Under the pieces are notes generated by a model, which worked only from the letters and a program-made list of their open reading frames with translations, ran no database searches and was not told where the DNA came from. From Candidatus Poribacteria bacterium (GTDB lineage Bacteria > Poribacteria > WGA-4E > WGA-3G): 64,000 nt of DNA. A program made the translations under genes and the position numbers. Positions 21,151 to 31,378 of this stretch are shown here, piece by piece (within the stretch, counting starts at the first letter, position 1; every line of letters starts with the position of its first letter). The stretch covers positions 4,768,001 to 4,832,000 of the forward strand of contig OZ242029.1 in assembly GCA_965205015.1 (NCBI GenBank), read 5' to 3'.

Positions 21151-21324
21151 CGGAATGGCTGTCGGCTTTCGGCGATCGATAAGACGGTAGCGTTAGACGA
21201 ACACCTCTCTACTGACGGTTTCCGAAACGGTTTTCGTGGAAAACCCGACCTGATGGAAACCGATCACCTCTTTGCTGACCGCCGACTGCTGACTGCTGAC
21301 TACCACCTAACAGAGAGGAATTTT

Positions 21325-22278
21325 ATGGCAACCAATCAAGATCTTCCGACAATCCCGAGGCGACGCCTCGGAAGAACGGAACTCAGCATCCCCGTTGTTC
21401 CGTTCGGCACGCAGGGGTTTGGAAACAACTTCGGTTTCGTCTCAGATGAAGAGGCTGTGGATCTCGTTAAACACTCCGTGTCCATCGGTGTGAACCACTT
21501 CGACTGTGCACGTTGTTATGGGGATTCAATGCGCAAACTCGGTCTGGCGTTGAAGGAGATCCCACGTGAGGATGTCATCATTACCGGACGGCTCTGCTGC
21601 CATTCCGCCGCGAAGTGGGGTGGCTACGGAGAAGGGAGACCCGATTACTCCGCCGAACGCGCAATCGCCGACCTCGAAGACCAACTCGAACTCCTCGGCG
21701 TAGACTACTTCGACGGGATGCTTATCCACGACCCAGGCGAGATCGATCCCACGCTGGAAAAGGGCGGCACCCTTGATGGTTTACTCCAATGTAAAGCGCG
21801 TGGACTCGTCCACTTCCTCGGCTACGGGATGCGTCCGCACGATTTCCATCTCAAAGCGATGGCAACAGGCGATGTGGACCTCATCCTCTGCTTCAACGAC
21901 TACAACCTCGTCCGGCAGAACGCCGCTGACGACATCCTCCCTTACGCCGCTGAACGCGACATCGGGGTCATGAACGGTTGGTCGATCCTGCGCGGTATCC
22001 TCACAGGTGTCGATATCGACGCTGAGATCGCAAGGGGCCGTTGGAAAAAAGAGGGTGATGTTGCAGCAGCGTACCCAATTTGGGAATGGTGCGTTGAAGA
22101 AGGCATAAGTTTGCTTCAACTTGCCCTCCAGTTCTGCCTGAAAGAAGAACGGATTCAGGGCAACAACATCGGAAGTCTGAACGTCGAGCAGCTCGAAGCG
22201 AACGTCAGAGCCGCCAGTACACCGCTCCCCGATGACGTCTGGGAGAAATACGAAGCACGTTTCGGATCAGACAATTAG
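21325..22278 (+). CDS. Aldo/keto reductase
   Basis: RRLGRTEL, NHFDCARCYG, LQLALQF. Confidence 0.85.
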   Translation: MATNQDLPTIPRRRLGRTELSIPVVPFGTQGFGNNFGFVSDEEAVDLVKHSVSIGVNHFDCARCYGDSMRKLGLALKEIPREDVIITGRLCCHSAAKWGGYGEGRPDYSAERAIADLEDQLELLGVDYFDGMLIHDPGEIDPTLEKGGTLDGLLQCKARGLVHFLGYGMRPHDFHLKAMATGDVDLILCFNDYNLVRQNAADDILPYAAERDIGVMNGWSILRGILTGVDIDAEIARGRWKKEGDVAAAYPIWEWCVEEGISLLQLALQFCLKEERIQGNNIGSLNVEQLEANVRAASTPLPDDVWEKYEARFGSDN

Positions 22279-22345
22279 AAGCAATTTTTAATCAAAAACG
22301 GCAGGTGCGGTTTCCAACCGCACCATTCTTCACCCTAATTCTTAA

Positions 22346-22374
22346 GTTCGTAGTCGTGCGATTCATCGCACGTT
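22346..22374 (+). repeat. GTAG-type REP-like element, copy 1
   Basis: GTTCGTAGTCGTGCGATTCATCGCACGTT; identical copy at 23644-23672. Confidence 0.75.
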
Positions 22375-22437
22375 TCAGAGCGCATTGTCCCGCAAGTCCA
22401 CACGCGACTTGCGCCATTGCGCTACTACGAACAATAC

Positions 22438-23529
22438 TTACGTTTTACTCTCAATTAATTTTTCCAAAAATTTATGCGTCACACGCGGGAGCGGATACTC
22501 CTTTAGTGCCGTGACCTCAACCCATTTCGCATCCCGCGGACCCTTCAGCACCACCTCACCCGCTTGATACTCACACTGAAATACATCCACAACGACCTTG
22601 AAATGCGTGTAGGCATGCCTGACACGCGTGAGATACCGCATATCGGTGACAGAGAGATTGACGACATCCGCGATGTGTCGGACGCACGCCGCCTCGGCGG
22701 TCTCACCTTTGGCAAGTTGTCCACCCGGAAACTCCCAAAGTCCGCCGAGCAAACCGTCCAGTTGTCGTTGTGTGAGCAGAACTTGGTTGTCCCTATAGAT
22801 AACCCCGACAGCGAGATGGTGCTCCGGGACAGGCTTTGTCTCGCGCCGATACGGAAACTCGTCCTGTCGCGCCGTGTGGAACGCCTCACAAAACGAATTC
22901 ACGGGACACACAAGACAGGTCGGCGATTGCGGACGACACACCGTTGCCCCCAACTCCATCATCGCCTGATTGAAGAATCCGGGGGCATTCACATCTAAAA
23001 GCGCATCCGCTTGCTGCTGAAATAGTTTCGCCGACTTGGCGTCGTTAATCGGTGCCTCCATCAGAAACAGGCGTGCCAGCACGCGTTTGATGTTCCCATC
23101 TACAGCGGCATACGGGGCATTGAAGGCGATGCTCTGCACCGCCGCCGCGCTATAATCCCCGACGCCCGGCAACTTCCGAAAGCTCGCATAATCTTTCGGT
23201 ATCTTCCCGTCGAGTTTATCTACAATGACCTGCGCCGCTTTGTGGAGATTCCGTGCCCTCGCATAATACCCCAAACCTTCCCAAACCTTCAGAACATCCT
23301 GTAGCGGTGCGGCTGCCAAATGCTGCACATCTGGGAACCGTCCGATGAATCGTTCATAGTATGCTACGACCTTCTTGACCTGTGTCTGCTGGAGCATCAC
23401 CTCAGAGACCCAAATCCGGTAGGGATCCTCCGTGTGTCGCCACGGCATATCGCGTTGATAAACCTTGAACCATGCTAACAGTGTATCCCGAAAATCTTGG
23501 TAGTGTTTGTGTAAAGGTTTTTTGTGCAT
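22438..23529 (-). CDS. mutY: A/G-specific adenine glycosylase
   Basis: WVSEVMLQQT, GLGYYARARN, LPGVG, CxxxxPxCxxCP, C-terminal NUDIX-like domain. Confidence 0.95.
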   Translation of the reverse strand: MHKKPLHKHYQDFRDTLLAWFKVYQRDMPWRHTEDPYRIWVSEVMLQQTQVKKVVAYYERFIGRFPDVQHLAAAPLQDVLKVWEGLGYYARARNLHKAAQVIVDKLDGKIPKDYASFRKLPGVGDYSAAAVQSIAFNAPYAAVDGNIKRVLARLFLMEAPINDAKSAKLFQQQADALLDVNAPGFFNQAMMELGATVCRPQSPTCLVCPVNSFCEAFHTARQDEFPYRRETKPVPEHHLAVGVIYRDNQVLLTQRQLDGLLGGLWEFPGGQLAKGETAEAACVRHIADVVNLSVTDMRYLTRVRHAYTHFKVVVDVFQCEYQAGEVVLKGPRDAKWVEVTALKEYPLPRVTHKFLEKLIESKT

Positions 23530-23643
23530 GTTTGTCTGAATCGCGGATTGTCGCGGATTTTACGGATTTCGCGGATTTTTTGACATCCTGTGTCCCTTAT
23601 ATTTCTTGTAAAGACCACTGTAACCTTATTGCAAGTTGTTTCG

Positions 23644-23672
23644 GTTCGTAGTCGTGCGATTCATCGCACGTT
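23644..23672 (+). repeat. GTAG-type REP-like element, copy 2
   Basis: Identical to 22346-22374. Confidence 0.75.
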
Positions 23673-23694
23673 ATGAAGCACAAGACTGTTCAGC

Positions 23695-24462
23695 CTAAAG
23701 GTCAGTGGCGATCCGAAAACCGACGCTATGAATCCCTCGGATGGGTTCATACGCCGCACGGTTCGCACACCTTGCAGCGAACTCTCCACGTGCAATCCAC
23801 GCCCCCCCGCGAATCACCTTCCGGCGTCCTTCACTCGCGCCCAACGGATTCTCCGCTGGTGAGTACTTATACGTCTCCATGTGAAACCAATCGAAACACC
23901 AATCGTAGGCGTTGCCCGCCATATCGTAGCACCCGTAAGGACTCACGCCCGATGGATAACTCCCAACCGGCATCAGTCGCTTATTCCCCGATTCCGATGT
24001 ATTCGCTCGACGCGCATCCCACATATCGCCCCACGGATACTCCCGAGCATCCGTGCCACGCGCCGCCTTCTCCCATTCCGCCTCCGACGGCAAACGATAT
24101 TCCATACCTTCACGTTCACTCAGCCACGTCAAAAAATTCGTCACATCGTGCCAACTCACCCCGACGACAGGAAACTCAGGTGCGTTGAGATGCGCATCGT
24201 TATGGAACAATGGTTGCGGGTATCCTGTCTCCTCGACGAACTGCGCGTATTGTGCATTCGTGACCTGATACGTGCCGATGGCGTAAGCATCCAGCAGAAC
24301 ATTCCGTTGCGGTTCCTCTGGATCCGTCTTCCGCCATTCAGTCGGAATCGTCCCCATTATGAATGCCCCAGCGGGGATATGGATTAAAGGGTACTTGAGT
24401 CTTTCGATGTGCATGATAGGTGGGTAGATCCTCTGAAACAAAAAGTATCGGAAACGCTTCAT
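23695..24462 (-). CDS. FGE-sulfatase (SUMF1/EgtB-like) domain protein
   Basis: RLPSEAEWEKAARG, YDMAGN, RGGAW, GFR. Confidence 0.9.
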   Translation of the reverse strand: MKRFRYFLFQRIYPPIMHIERLKYPLIHIPAGAFIMGTIPTEWRKTDPEEPQRNVLLDAYAIGTYQVTNAQYAQFVEETGYPQPLFHNDAHLNAPEFPVVGVSWHDVTNFLTWLSEREGMEYRLPSEAEWEKAARGTDAREYPWGDMWDARRANTSESGNKRLMPVGSYPSGVSPYGCYDMAGNAYDWCFDWFHMETYKYSPAENPLGASEGRRKVIRGGAWIARGEFAARCANRAAYEPIRGIHSVGFRIATDL

Positions 24463-24570
24463 TCCAGTATAACATACCCTTACATCTTTCGCAATCCTCC
24501 AATATTATTACATCACTTCCGCAATGACACATAATTTGACAACGCATCATGAATATATTATACTTAAGAT

Positions 24571-24924
24571 ATGCAAATCACCGCCAGAGAAGTCCGAAAC
24601 TATATCACACCAAACGGACGTAATCCGTTCCGAGAATGGTCGACACAACTGCGAGATAAAAAAGCACGAGCGAACATCCAAAGACGCATTGCGCGCCTGC
24701 AGGAGGGAAATTTTGGTGATTTTAGAAGGTTAAATAGCGGTTTATGTGAACTAAGGATCAACTACGGACCAGGATATCGAGTTTATTTTCGTATGTTTGC
24801 CTCTCATATCATTATTCTCCTCTGGGAAGGACAAAAAAGAACGCAGCAGCGAGATATTACGAGAGCTCAAAACTATTGGAACGAAATAAGGAGCAGACAC
24901 AATGAACACAGAAACCCTCCTTAA
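24571..24924 (+). CDS. RelE/HigB-like addiction module toxin
   Basis: GNFGD, ELRINYGPGYRVYF, KRTQQRDI. Confidence 0.85.
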   Translation: MQITAREVRNYITPNGRNPFREWSTQLRDKKARANIQRRIARLQEGNFGDFRRLNSGLCELRINYGPGYRVYFRMFASHIIILLWEGQKRTQQRDITRAQNYWNEIRSRHNEHRNPP

Positions 24925-25234
24925 GCAAACGACCCGTTTTAGAGATGACCTTCTGAAAGACCTCGCAGACATAGAGTTCGCGATGTACTATTTGGAAGCC
25001 GCCTTATCAGATTATAAAGAAGATGGTAATACAGAAGCACTCTGGACAGCCCTGTATGATGTTGTAGCGGCACAGGGCGGAATTGGAAAACTTGCTGAAA
25101 GAGCAAAGGTGAATCCTAAGCATCTTAACGATATACTCGCCTCTAAACAGGCGCCGCGCTTAGATAATTTGCAAAACATTCTTTCTGGACTCGGATTTCA
25201 GATTCGCTTGGAATTCGCTGAAAGCGAACTGTAA
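24902..25234 (+). CDS. HTH addiction module antitoxin
   Basis: Overlaps the toxin gene; YLEAAL..AL..VVAAQGG..LA, PRLDNL. Confidence 0.8.
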   Translation: MNTETLLKQTTRFRDDLLKDLADIEFAMYYLEAALSDYKEDGNTEALWTALYDVVAAQGGIGKLAERAKVNPKHLNDILASKQAPRLDNLQNILSGLGFQIRLEFAESEL

Positions 25235-25286
25235 TACCCATAGCTTACATCCGATTGCTCGTTCCCGGATGAGCTTCGCCCTAAAC

Positions 25287-25688
25287 ATGAAGAAGGATAA
25301 AACAATCACACACGATGAACTCCGTCCAGAGTATGATTTGAGAAAGTTGCGAGTGCGGAAGTTTGGTCCTGCGCGTAAGCAGTTCGGTAACTTTATCAAG
25401 TTAGAACCTGATGTCGCTGCGGTGTTCCCTGACGATGTTGCTGTTAACGAGGCACTGCGATGTCTGATCCAAGAAGCCGAAGAAAACAGAAATACGTACT
25501 CTCGCCGCTTACCAATGAAGATTTTAGACACCGTCCCTAAGGATATTGATAATTCTATTGTCAAGTTAGAACCTGATGTTGTCAAGGCATTTCCAGACGC
25601 TGCGTCCGTGAACAAGGCACTGCGATGTTTGATCCAAGACTCCAATGAAAACGGCACAGTATTACCTCACACCGACCATGATGCTTAA
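25287..25688 (+). CDS. BrnA/CopG-like antitoxin-type protein with duplicated domain
   Basis: DELRPEYDL followed by two KLEPDV..FPD...VN.ALRCLIQ copies. Confidence 0.6.
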   Translation: MKKDKTITHDELRPEYDLRKLRVRKFGPARKQFGNFIKLEPDVAAVFPDDVAVNEALRCLIQEAEENRNTYSRRLPMKILDTVPKDIDNSIVKLEPDVVKAFPDAASVNKALRCLIQDSNENGTVLPHTDHDA

Positions 25689-25759
25689 CGGACAAAACAA
25701 TCATGAGAAGCAATAACCTTCATCCAAATTGCCTTCTCCAGCCTCAAAACTAAGGGAAC

Positions 25760-26653
25760 GTGAATATGGAAAGGGAAGAGATCATCCATAGATTTCAGAA
25801 CTTGAATGTATGGAAAAGAGGACATAAAGTAGCACCCCACAAGCCTCTTTTAGTCTTGTACGCAATTGATAAATTGCGACGTGGAGAAAACCAACTTATA
25901 CCATACACAGAAGTAAAGGAGAAACTTTCAGAATTACTGATCAAATTTGGAACAAGCAAGTCGGAACCCCGTCCTCACTATCCGTTTTGGCGCCTACGCC
26001 AAGATAATGTTTGGAAAGTAACCGACGATCATCTTATTAAGGAAACCGACAGCGGAGATGCCCACGTCACTGACCTGAAGCTCCACGGTGTCTCTGGAGG
26101 ATTTCACAAAGCAATTGCTCATCACCTACAGAACGATTTCAGCCTTACTTTAGAAATAAGCGAAAGCATGCTTGATCATTTTCGTTATTCAAAACACAAG
26201 GATATTTCACAGGCTGTTGGGATTGAGGACCTGTCTCATGTGCCCAAACGACAAAGACGAGAGTGGAACTTTCCCAAAAACGTACGGAAAGCCTATGAAT
26301 ATAAATGTGCAGTTTGTGGTTTTGATGTAAAATTGCACCACCGACATGTTGCGCTAGAAGCCGCACATATTCAGCCCCTTAAAAAAGGTGGACCTGATAT
26401 AGCAGAAAATGGCTTGGCTCTTTGTTCACTACACCATGAACTATTTGATCGTGGAGTTTTCACGTTGTCGGAGCAATTAAAAGTACTCGTGTCTAAGTAC
26501 GCAAATGGGTCAACGGGCTTTGATAAATGGTTGATGCGTTTTCATGGAAAGAAAATCAATCTTCCGCAGAGTCGAATGTATTACCCTCGCATCAGCTTTA
26601 TAGACTGGCATTTCAGAGAAGTATTCAAAGACCCTTATCGCGAAAAAACTTGA
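25760..26653 (+). CDS. SBD-HNH phosphorothioate-dependent restriction endonuclease-like protein
   Basis: APHKPLLVL and HYPFWRL sulfur-binding-domain motifs; CAVC..EAAHI..NGLALCSLHH.LFD HNH domain. Confidence 0.75.
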   Translation: MNMEREEIIHRFQNLNVWKRGHKVAPHKPLLVLYAIDKLRRGENQLIPYTEVKEKLSELLIKFGTSKSEPRPHYPFWRLRQDNVWKVTDDHLIKETDSGDAHVTDLKLHGVSGGFHKAIAHHLQNDFSLTLEISESMLDHFRYSKHKDISQAVGIEDLSHVPKRQRREWNFPKNVRKAYEYKCAVCGFDVKLHHRHVALEAAHIQPLKKGGPDIAENGLALCSLHHELFDRGVFTLSEQLKVLVSKYANGSTGFDKWLMRFHGKKINLPQSRMYYPRISFIDWHFREVFKDPYREKT

Positions 26654-26940
26654 CATTTAACACAAATTTGTGCTAAAATCTAAATATGGAAAATCGGGAT
26701 ACAAATACCACAGCTAAAACACTACACCTGCTTAACCGCAATCGCTGCTCATGGCGATTCTTGATGCCCTTAAAGTCTGCTTGTATACAAGATTTTAACA
26801 AGTCGACTCGCCCCCCCCCCCCACTTTACAAACGATAAGCAATATACTTCATAAGACATTGACAGCATCTGCCAATGTTCTGTTTCCGCGCCCGCGTGTC
26901 CTCTCTCGCGATGATCCTCTATGCGGGCTGTTTTTGTTGT
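26650..26940 (+). promoter_or_regulatory. Poly-C leader element copy 1 (uORF 26686-26838, C12 at 26811-26822, hairpins, U-tract)
   Basis: TTGACA...TGCTAAAAT promoter; uORF MENRDTNTT...FNKSTRPPPPLYKR*; GCCCGC/GCGGGC stem then TGTTTTTGTTG. Confidence 0.75.
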
Positions 26941-27021
26941 CCTATCTTCTACCGTTACTCTCAATTTCTCTCTCATGTTGCTGCTTGCTCCAGAGGTTGC
27001 TACATTTTGGAGGAACGAAAT

Positions 27022-27957
27022 TTGAGTAACGCCTACACAACCGCACCTCAGACGATTCATCCATCTTTTTCGGGACACCAAACGTTTCCCTTCCGGTATA
27101 CCTGGCTCAAAAAAGGCGTTGATGCCGTGACAGAAAATCCGACCGTCTTTTCATCGGAGAACGCCTCTGTCAGTTTAGGTGTTGGAAAAAACATGGTCAG
27201 TTCTATTCGGCATTGGTGTCGAGTATCAAGACTCATTGAGACAATAAAGCCAGTACCGTATCAGCGCGGGCAATTTGCCCCCACTGCACTCGGAAAAGCC
27301 ATTTTTGACGATAAAGAAGGATTTGACCCATATCTTGATGATCCAGCCACGCTGTGGCTAATTCATTGGCAAATTGCAACAAATACCGATCCGGCAACCG
27401 CGTGGTATTGGGCATTTAATGTTTCAAGGGGCAACCAATTCACACCCCAAATATTCGCACGAGAACTGTCCAAATGGGCACAGGAAAAGAAACGATCCAT
27501 GCGGTCGGTTTCTGATAATACACTCCGACGAGATGTCAACTGCTTTATTCGAACCTACTGTCAGTCCCGTCACACCGATGTCGTTGTCGAGGAGACCCTT
27601 GATTGCCCTCTCGTTGAACTCAATTTAATTGCCGAATTGCCAGACGGTAATGGATATGAATTCCAGCGAGGTGATAAAAAAACACTACCAATCGAAACCG
27701 TTGCGTGGGCACTGGATACGTTTTGGCAGCTTTACTTCCCACGGCAAGAAGCACTCTCGTTCTCAGAATTGATGTATGCGCCATCAAGTCCGGGACGGGT
27801 TTTCAGGTTAGACGAAGACACAATGACAGTATATCTTGAGAACCTCGCACAACTCACGGAAGGTGCGTTGCAATATGATGAAACAGCAGGTCTAAAGCAG
27901 GTCTATCGACATAGAGATTTAAACCAGATGGAACTTTTAAAGGAATATTATGGGTAA
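27022..27957 (+). CDS. sspB: DUF4007 protein (SspB-like)
   Basis: FSGHQTFPFRYTWLKKG, LGVGKNMVSSIRHW, DPYL..TLWLIHW; TTG start after GGAGG. Confidence 0.8.
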   Translation: MSNAYTTAPQTIHPSFSGHQTFPFRYTWLKKGVDAVTENPTVFSSENASVSLGVGKNMVSSIRHWCRVSRLIETIKPVPYQRGQFAPTALGKAIFDDKEGFDPYLDDPATLWLIHWQIATNTDPATAWYWAFNVSRGNQFTPQIFARELSKWAQEKKRSMRSVSDNTLRRDVNCFIRTYCQSRHTDVVVEETLDCPLVELNLIAELPDGNGYEFQRGDKKTLPIETVAWALDTFWQLYFPRQEALSFSELMYAPSSPGRVFRLDEDTMTVYLENLAQLTEGALQYDETAGLKQVYRHRDLNQMELLKEYYG

Positions 27958-30900
27958 CGTCCGTTTGTCAGAACTTTTTCACATTACAGAACGTTTTCAG
28001 CGTTCGGTCCATCTGGCGCGCGATTTTTATACAGAAAACGCTTTAGATGGCTACGTCGTGACTGCCAAAGCACGGGAAACCCTCACTCGGCTCATCACAG
28101 CACAAGAAAACGGCGCGACATCAAGAGCCTGGTCTCTTACCGGACCCTACGGTTCAGGGAAATCCGCATTTGCGCTGTTCGCTGCAAAACTACTCGGAAA
28201 TTCTGAAGCACCGACAACCCGTCAGGCACTCGATCTGCTGGAACATGAAGATCCCTCGCTATATGAACGATTTATCAGCATAAACGGCAATGGAAATGGG
28301 ACCCCATCTGGATTCTGTCCGGTGCTTATCTCTGGCGAACGCGCACCAATCATACTTGCCCTTCTACGCGGTTTAGAACACGGACTCAAGACTTTCGGAA
28401 TTTCGTCCTCTAGTGCGCTTCAACGGAAGATCAGAAATCTGTTGAAAATCGCCGCAAACGGCACACCGCCACATGCATCTGAAATCACTTCGCTTTTCGA
28501 GTCGGCGGCGCGCACCGTTCGGAAAAACGGCGGCACTGGTCTATTGTTAGTAATTGATGAACTCGGCAAGTTCCTTGAGTACACCGCGCAATCTCCAGCA
28601 AAAGGCGATGTGTTTGTCCTACAAACTCTCGCCGAATTTGCAACACGTAGCGATCAGACCCCGCTATTTTTGCTGACGATTCTGCATCAGGCTTTTGAAC
28701 AATACGCAAACAAGATAGCAAAATCGCAACGTGAAGAGTGGACAAAGGTCCAAGGACGGTTTGAAGACATCGCCTTTGTAGAACCTGCAGAACAGACCAT
28801 TCGGTTGATCGCTGCCGCTATCCAGAATACATTAACTGACAAAACAGAAAACCTATCTATAGTACCCAAACTTTATCCAACTGAATTAAATCTCACACCC
28901 CACCAATTTGAGGACACTGAATTCGATCAACTCCTCCAAAACTGCTTACCACTCCACCCGACCATAGCACTTATTATCGGTCCGATCTTCAGACGATTCG
29001 CCCAGAATGAGCGTTCCCTTTTCGCCTTCCTTAACGCAAGTGAACCTTATGGACTCCAAGACTTTCTGTCAAACCAGCATTATAATGGCAGCGTGCTACC
29101 GATATTCTCGATCGCCGACCTATATGACTATCTCAATACCACCATAGGGAATAGATTAGCCGACTCAAGCGTAGGTAATAGGTGGGTGGAGATTGAAATG
29201 GCTATTAACGGAATCACTGATCCATCACCGACAACCATTAAACTCATTAAGACGATAGGGTTACTCGGTATTACCGGAGAAGTAAGCATTAATCTGAAAG
29301 CCTCAAAGCACGTTCTCCGTTATGCCTTAGATGACTGCACTGAAGGATTCACAGAGAAATTTGAAACCGCACTGGATACGCTAACAAGACGCAAGATCGT
29401 TATCCACCGTCCCCGAAACGACACCTATGCCCTTTGGGAAGGCAGTTACATTGACATTGAAGCCAAACGCCATGAGGCGGAACAACATCTTGATCCAAAC
29501 CAAAGTCTCACAACTTATCTTTCAACGCTCGCGCCCCCTCGACCTCTCATCGCCCGCCGACACCTGTTCGAGAAGGGGACACTCCGCTATTTCGCCCTTC
29601 GTTACACCGACGCTGAAAATTTCGACGCGTCGCTCAGTGAACCACTCGGCGATGCAGACGGACTCGTTCTCTATGCCCTCCCCGCAGACGAACATGAAGG
29701 TAGGCACCTCATTGAAAAAGCGAAGGCCAAAGCCGTTGTAAACCGTAAAGAGATCCTGATTGCAATCCCGCATTCCACCAGCTTTCTGCACGACGCTGTT
29801 ACCGAACTCGCCTGTTTACAGTGGATCTCGGAAAACACACCGGAACTCGACGGCGATCCAGTCGCAAGGCGAGTCCTTTCACGCCGACGGTTAGAAGCGG
29901 AACAAAATGTAACCGAGCAGTTCGCAGCCATCTTTGGTAACGACAGCGAGAATACTTGCAAATGGTTTCACAAAGGACAAAAAGTAAATATCAATTCTCA
30001 ACGCGAAAGAAATGAACATCTATCAAAAATCTGCGATGTGGTTTACCACGAAACCCCCATTATTCTGAATGAACTGATCAATCGGCGTAAAATCTCCGGC
30101 ACTGTAACAACCGCACGCAAGAGATTAATTCAAGCGATGCTCGAAAACGGCGATCAAGAACACCTCAGCATTACTGGCTATCCTCCTGAAATGAGTATCT
30201 ATCGTTCCCTCTTATGGAACACAGGGATACACCGCGAAGTTGAAGGTGTATGGGGATTCCACCCACCACATCCAGAGGATAAAAACGAAATATCGCGCAC
30301 ATGGCAAGCGATCGAGACGTTTCTTGGCAAATGCGAAGGTGAGAGACAACCTGTCGAGAAACTCTATGAAAACCTGATGGCACCACCCCTGGGCGTGCGA
30401 AACGGTCCTCTACCTATCCTCTTGTGTGCCGCGATGCACCATTACAAAACAGAAATAGCACTTTATGAAAACGGCTCCTTTATCGCAAATTGGTCAATGC
30501 CGGTCTTTGAAAGGCTCCTTAAAGCACCGCAACAATTTGAGCTGAAACGGTTTCGGATGACGGGTATCCGCTCGGATCTGTTTTCACAGTTTTCAGAGGT
30601 ATTCAATCAATCGACAGACACCCAAAAACCCGATCTGTTGACAGTCATCACACCGCTCATGCGCGCCATCGCACAACTCCCGAAGTACACTTTGGGGACA
30701 CAAGAATTGCGTGATAACGCGAAAAATCTCCGTAAAGTTGTGCTGAATGCGCGTGAACCTGACGAACTCCTCTTCAAACAATTGCCGGAGGCTTTTGGCT
30801 TTTCTGCCTTTAGCGAGGAGGCGGCAACAGATTCAAGGACTATTTCGGAATTTTTCAGGACACTCCAAGATGCATTGTCCGAGTTAGAACAGGCGTATGA

Positions 30901-31366
30901 CATCCTACTGAATTCGGTTGAACAACTGCTTGCAGAGGCGTTCAGTTTAACACCGACGGCAGAAAAACTCCGCGTAGAACTGGTCAAAAGAGCCGAACCT
31001 TTGTTAGCGGTAACAATTGAAATGGATCTTAAAGGATTTTTAATCCAAGTTTGTAGCGGCGGACACGCTTTCAGCAGTTGGCTTGAAGCCATCGCGACCT
31101 ATCTCGCCAAAAAACCGCCTCCAGCGTGGATAGAGGCAGATAAAGCCCAATTTGAGATTAATCTCTCTCAAATCGCAAGAAAGTTTCGGCACTTTGAAGC
31201 GGTATCCTATGAAAAAGGGAAGCACATAGTCGACGAACAAACCGCTGCCATAGAACACGAGATCAAAAAAGTTTTCGACAAATTCAACGTAGACAACAAC
31301 CCGGAACTCCATATCGCAATTTTAGCACGAATTTCACAAAAATGGATACAACACCTTGACGAATAG
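27950..31366 (+). CDS. sspC: Large P-loop ATPase (SspC-like)
   Basis: Walker A GPYGSGKS, Walker B VIDELGK, EWTKVQGRF, QNERSLF; lies between DUF4007 and PAPS reductase genes. Confidence 0.75.
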   Translation: MGNVRLSELFHITERFQRSVHLARDFYTENALDGYVVTAKARETLTRLITAQENGATSRAWSLTGPYGSGKSAFALFAAKLLGNSEAPTTRQALDLLEHEDPSLYERFISINGNGNGTPSGFCPVLISGERAPIILALLRGLEHGLKTFGISSSSALQRKIRNLLKIAANGTPPHASEITSLFESAARTVRKNGGTGLLLVIDELGKFLEYTAQSPAKGDVFVLQTLAEFATRSDQTPLFLLTILHQAFEQYANKIAKSQREEWTKVQGRFEDIAFVEPAEQTIRLIAAAIQNTLTDKTENLSIVPKLYPTELNLTPHQFEDTEFDQLLQNCLPLHPTIALIIGPIFRRFAQNERSLFAFLNASEPYGLQDFLSNQHYNGSVLPIFSIADLYDYLNTTIGNRLADSSVGNRWVEIEMAINGITDPSPTTIKLIKTIGLLGITGEVSINLKASKHVLRYALDDCTEGFTEKFETALDTLTRRKIVIHRPRNDTYALWEGSYIDIEAKRHEAEQHLDPNQSLTTYLSTLAPPRPLIARRHLFEKGTLRYFALRYTDAENFDASLSEPLGDADGLVLYALPADEHEGRHLIEKAKAKAVVNRKEILIAIPHSTSFLHDAVTELACLQWISENTPELDGDPVARRVLSRRRLEAEQNVTEQFAAIFGNDSENTCKWFHKGQKVNINSQRERNEHLSKICDVVYHETPIILNELINRRKISGTVTTARKRLIQAMLENGDQEHLSITGYPPEMSIYRSLLWNTGIHREVEGVWGFHPPHPEDKNEISRTWQAIETFLGKCEGERQPVEKLYENLMAPPLGVRNGPLPILLCAAMHHYKTEIALYENGSFIANWSMPVFERLLKAPQQFELKRFRMTGIRSDLFSQFSEVFNQSTDTQKPDLLTVITPLMRAIAQLPKYTLGTQELRDNAKNLRKVVLNAREPDELLFKQLPEAFGFSAFSEEAATDSRTISEFFRTLQDALSELEQAYDILLNSVEQLLAEAFSLTPTAEKLRVELVKRAEPLLAVTIEMDLKGFLIQVCSGGHAFSSWLEAIATYLAKKPPPAWIEADKAQFEINLSQIARKFRHFEAVSYEKGKHIVDEQTAAIEHEIKKVFDKFNVDNNPELHIAILARISQKWIQHLDE

Positions 31367-31378
31367 AGGGAGAAAAAC

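Noticed and set aside
26875-27021. N-terminal extension of the DUF4007 ORF as called in the track
   Set aside because: It overlaps the leader hairpins; GGAGG plus TTG at 27022 is the better start. The extension is in frame, so it is not fully excluded
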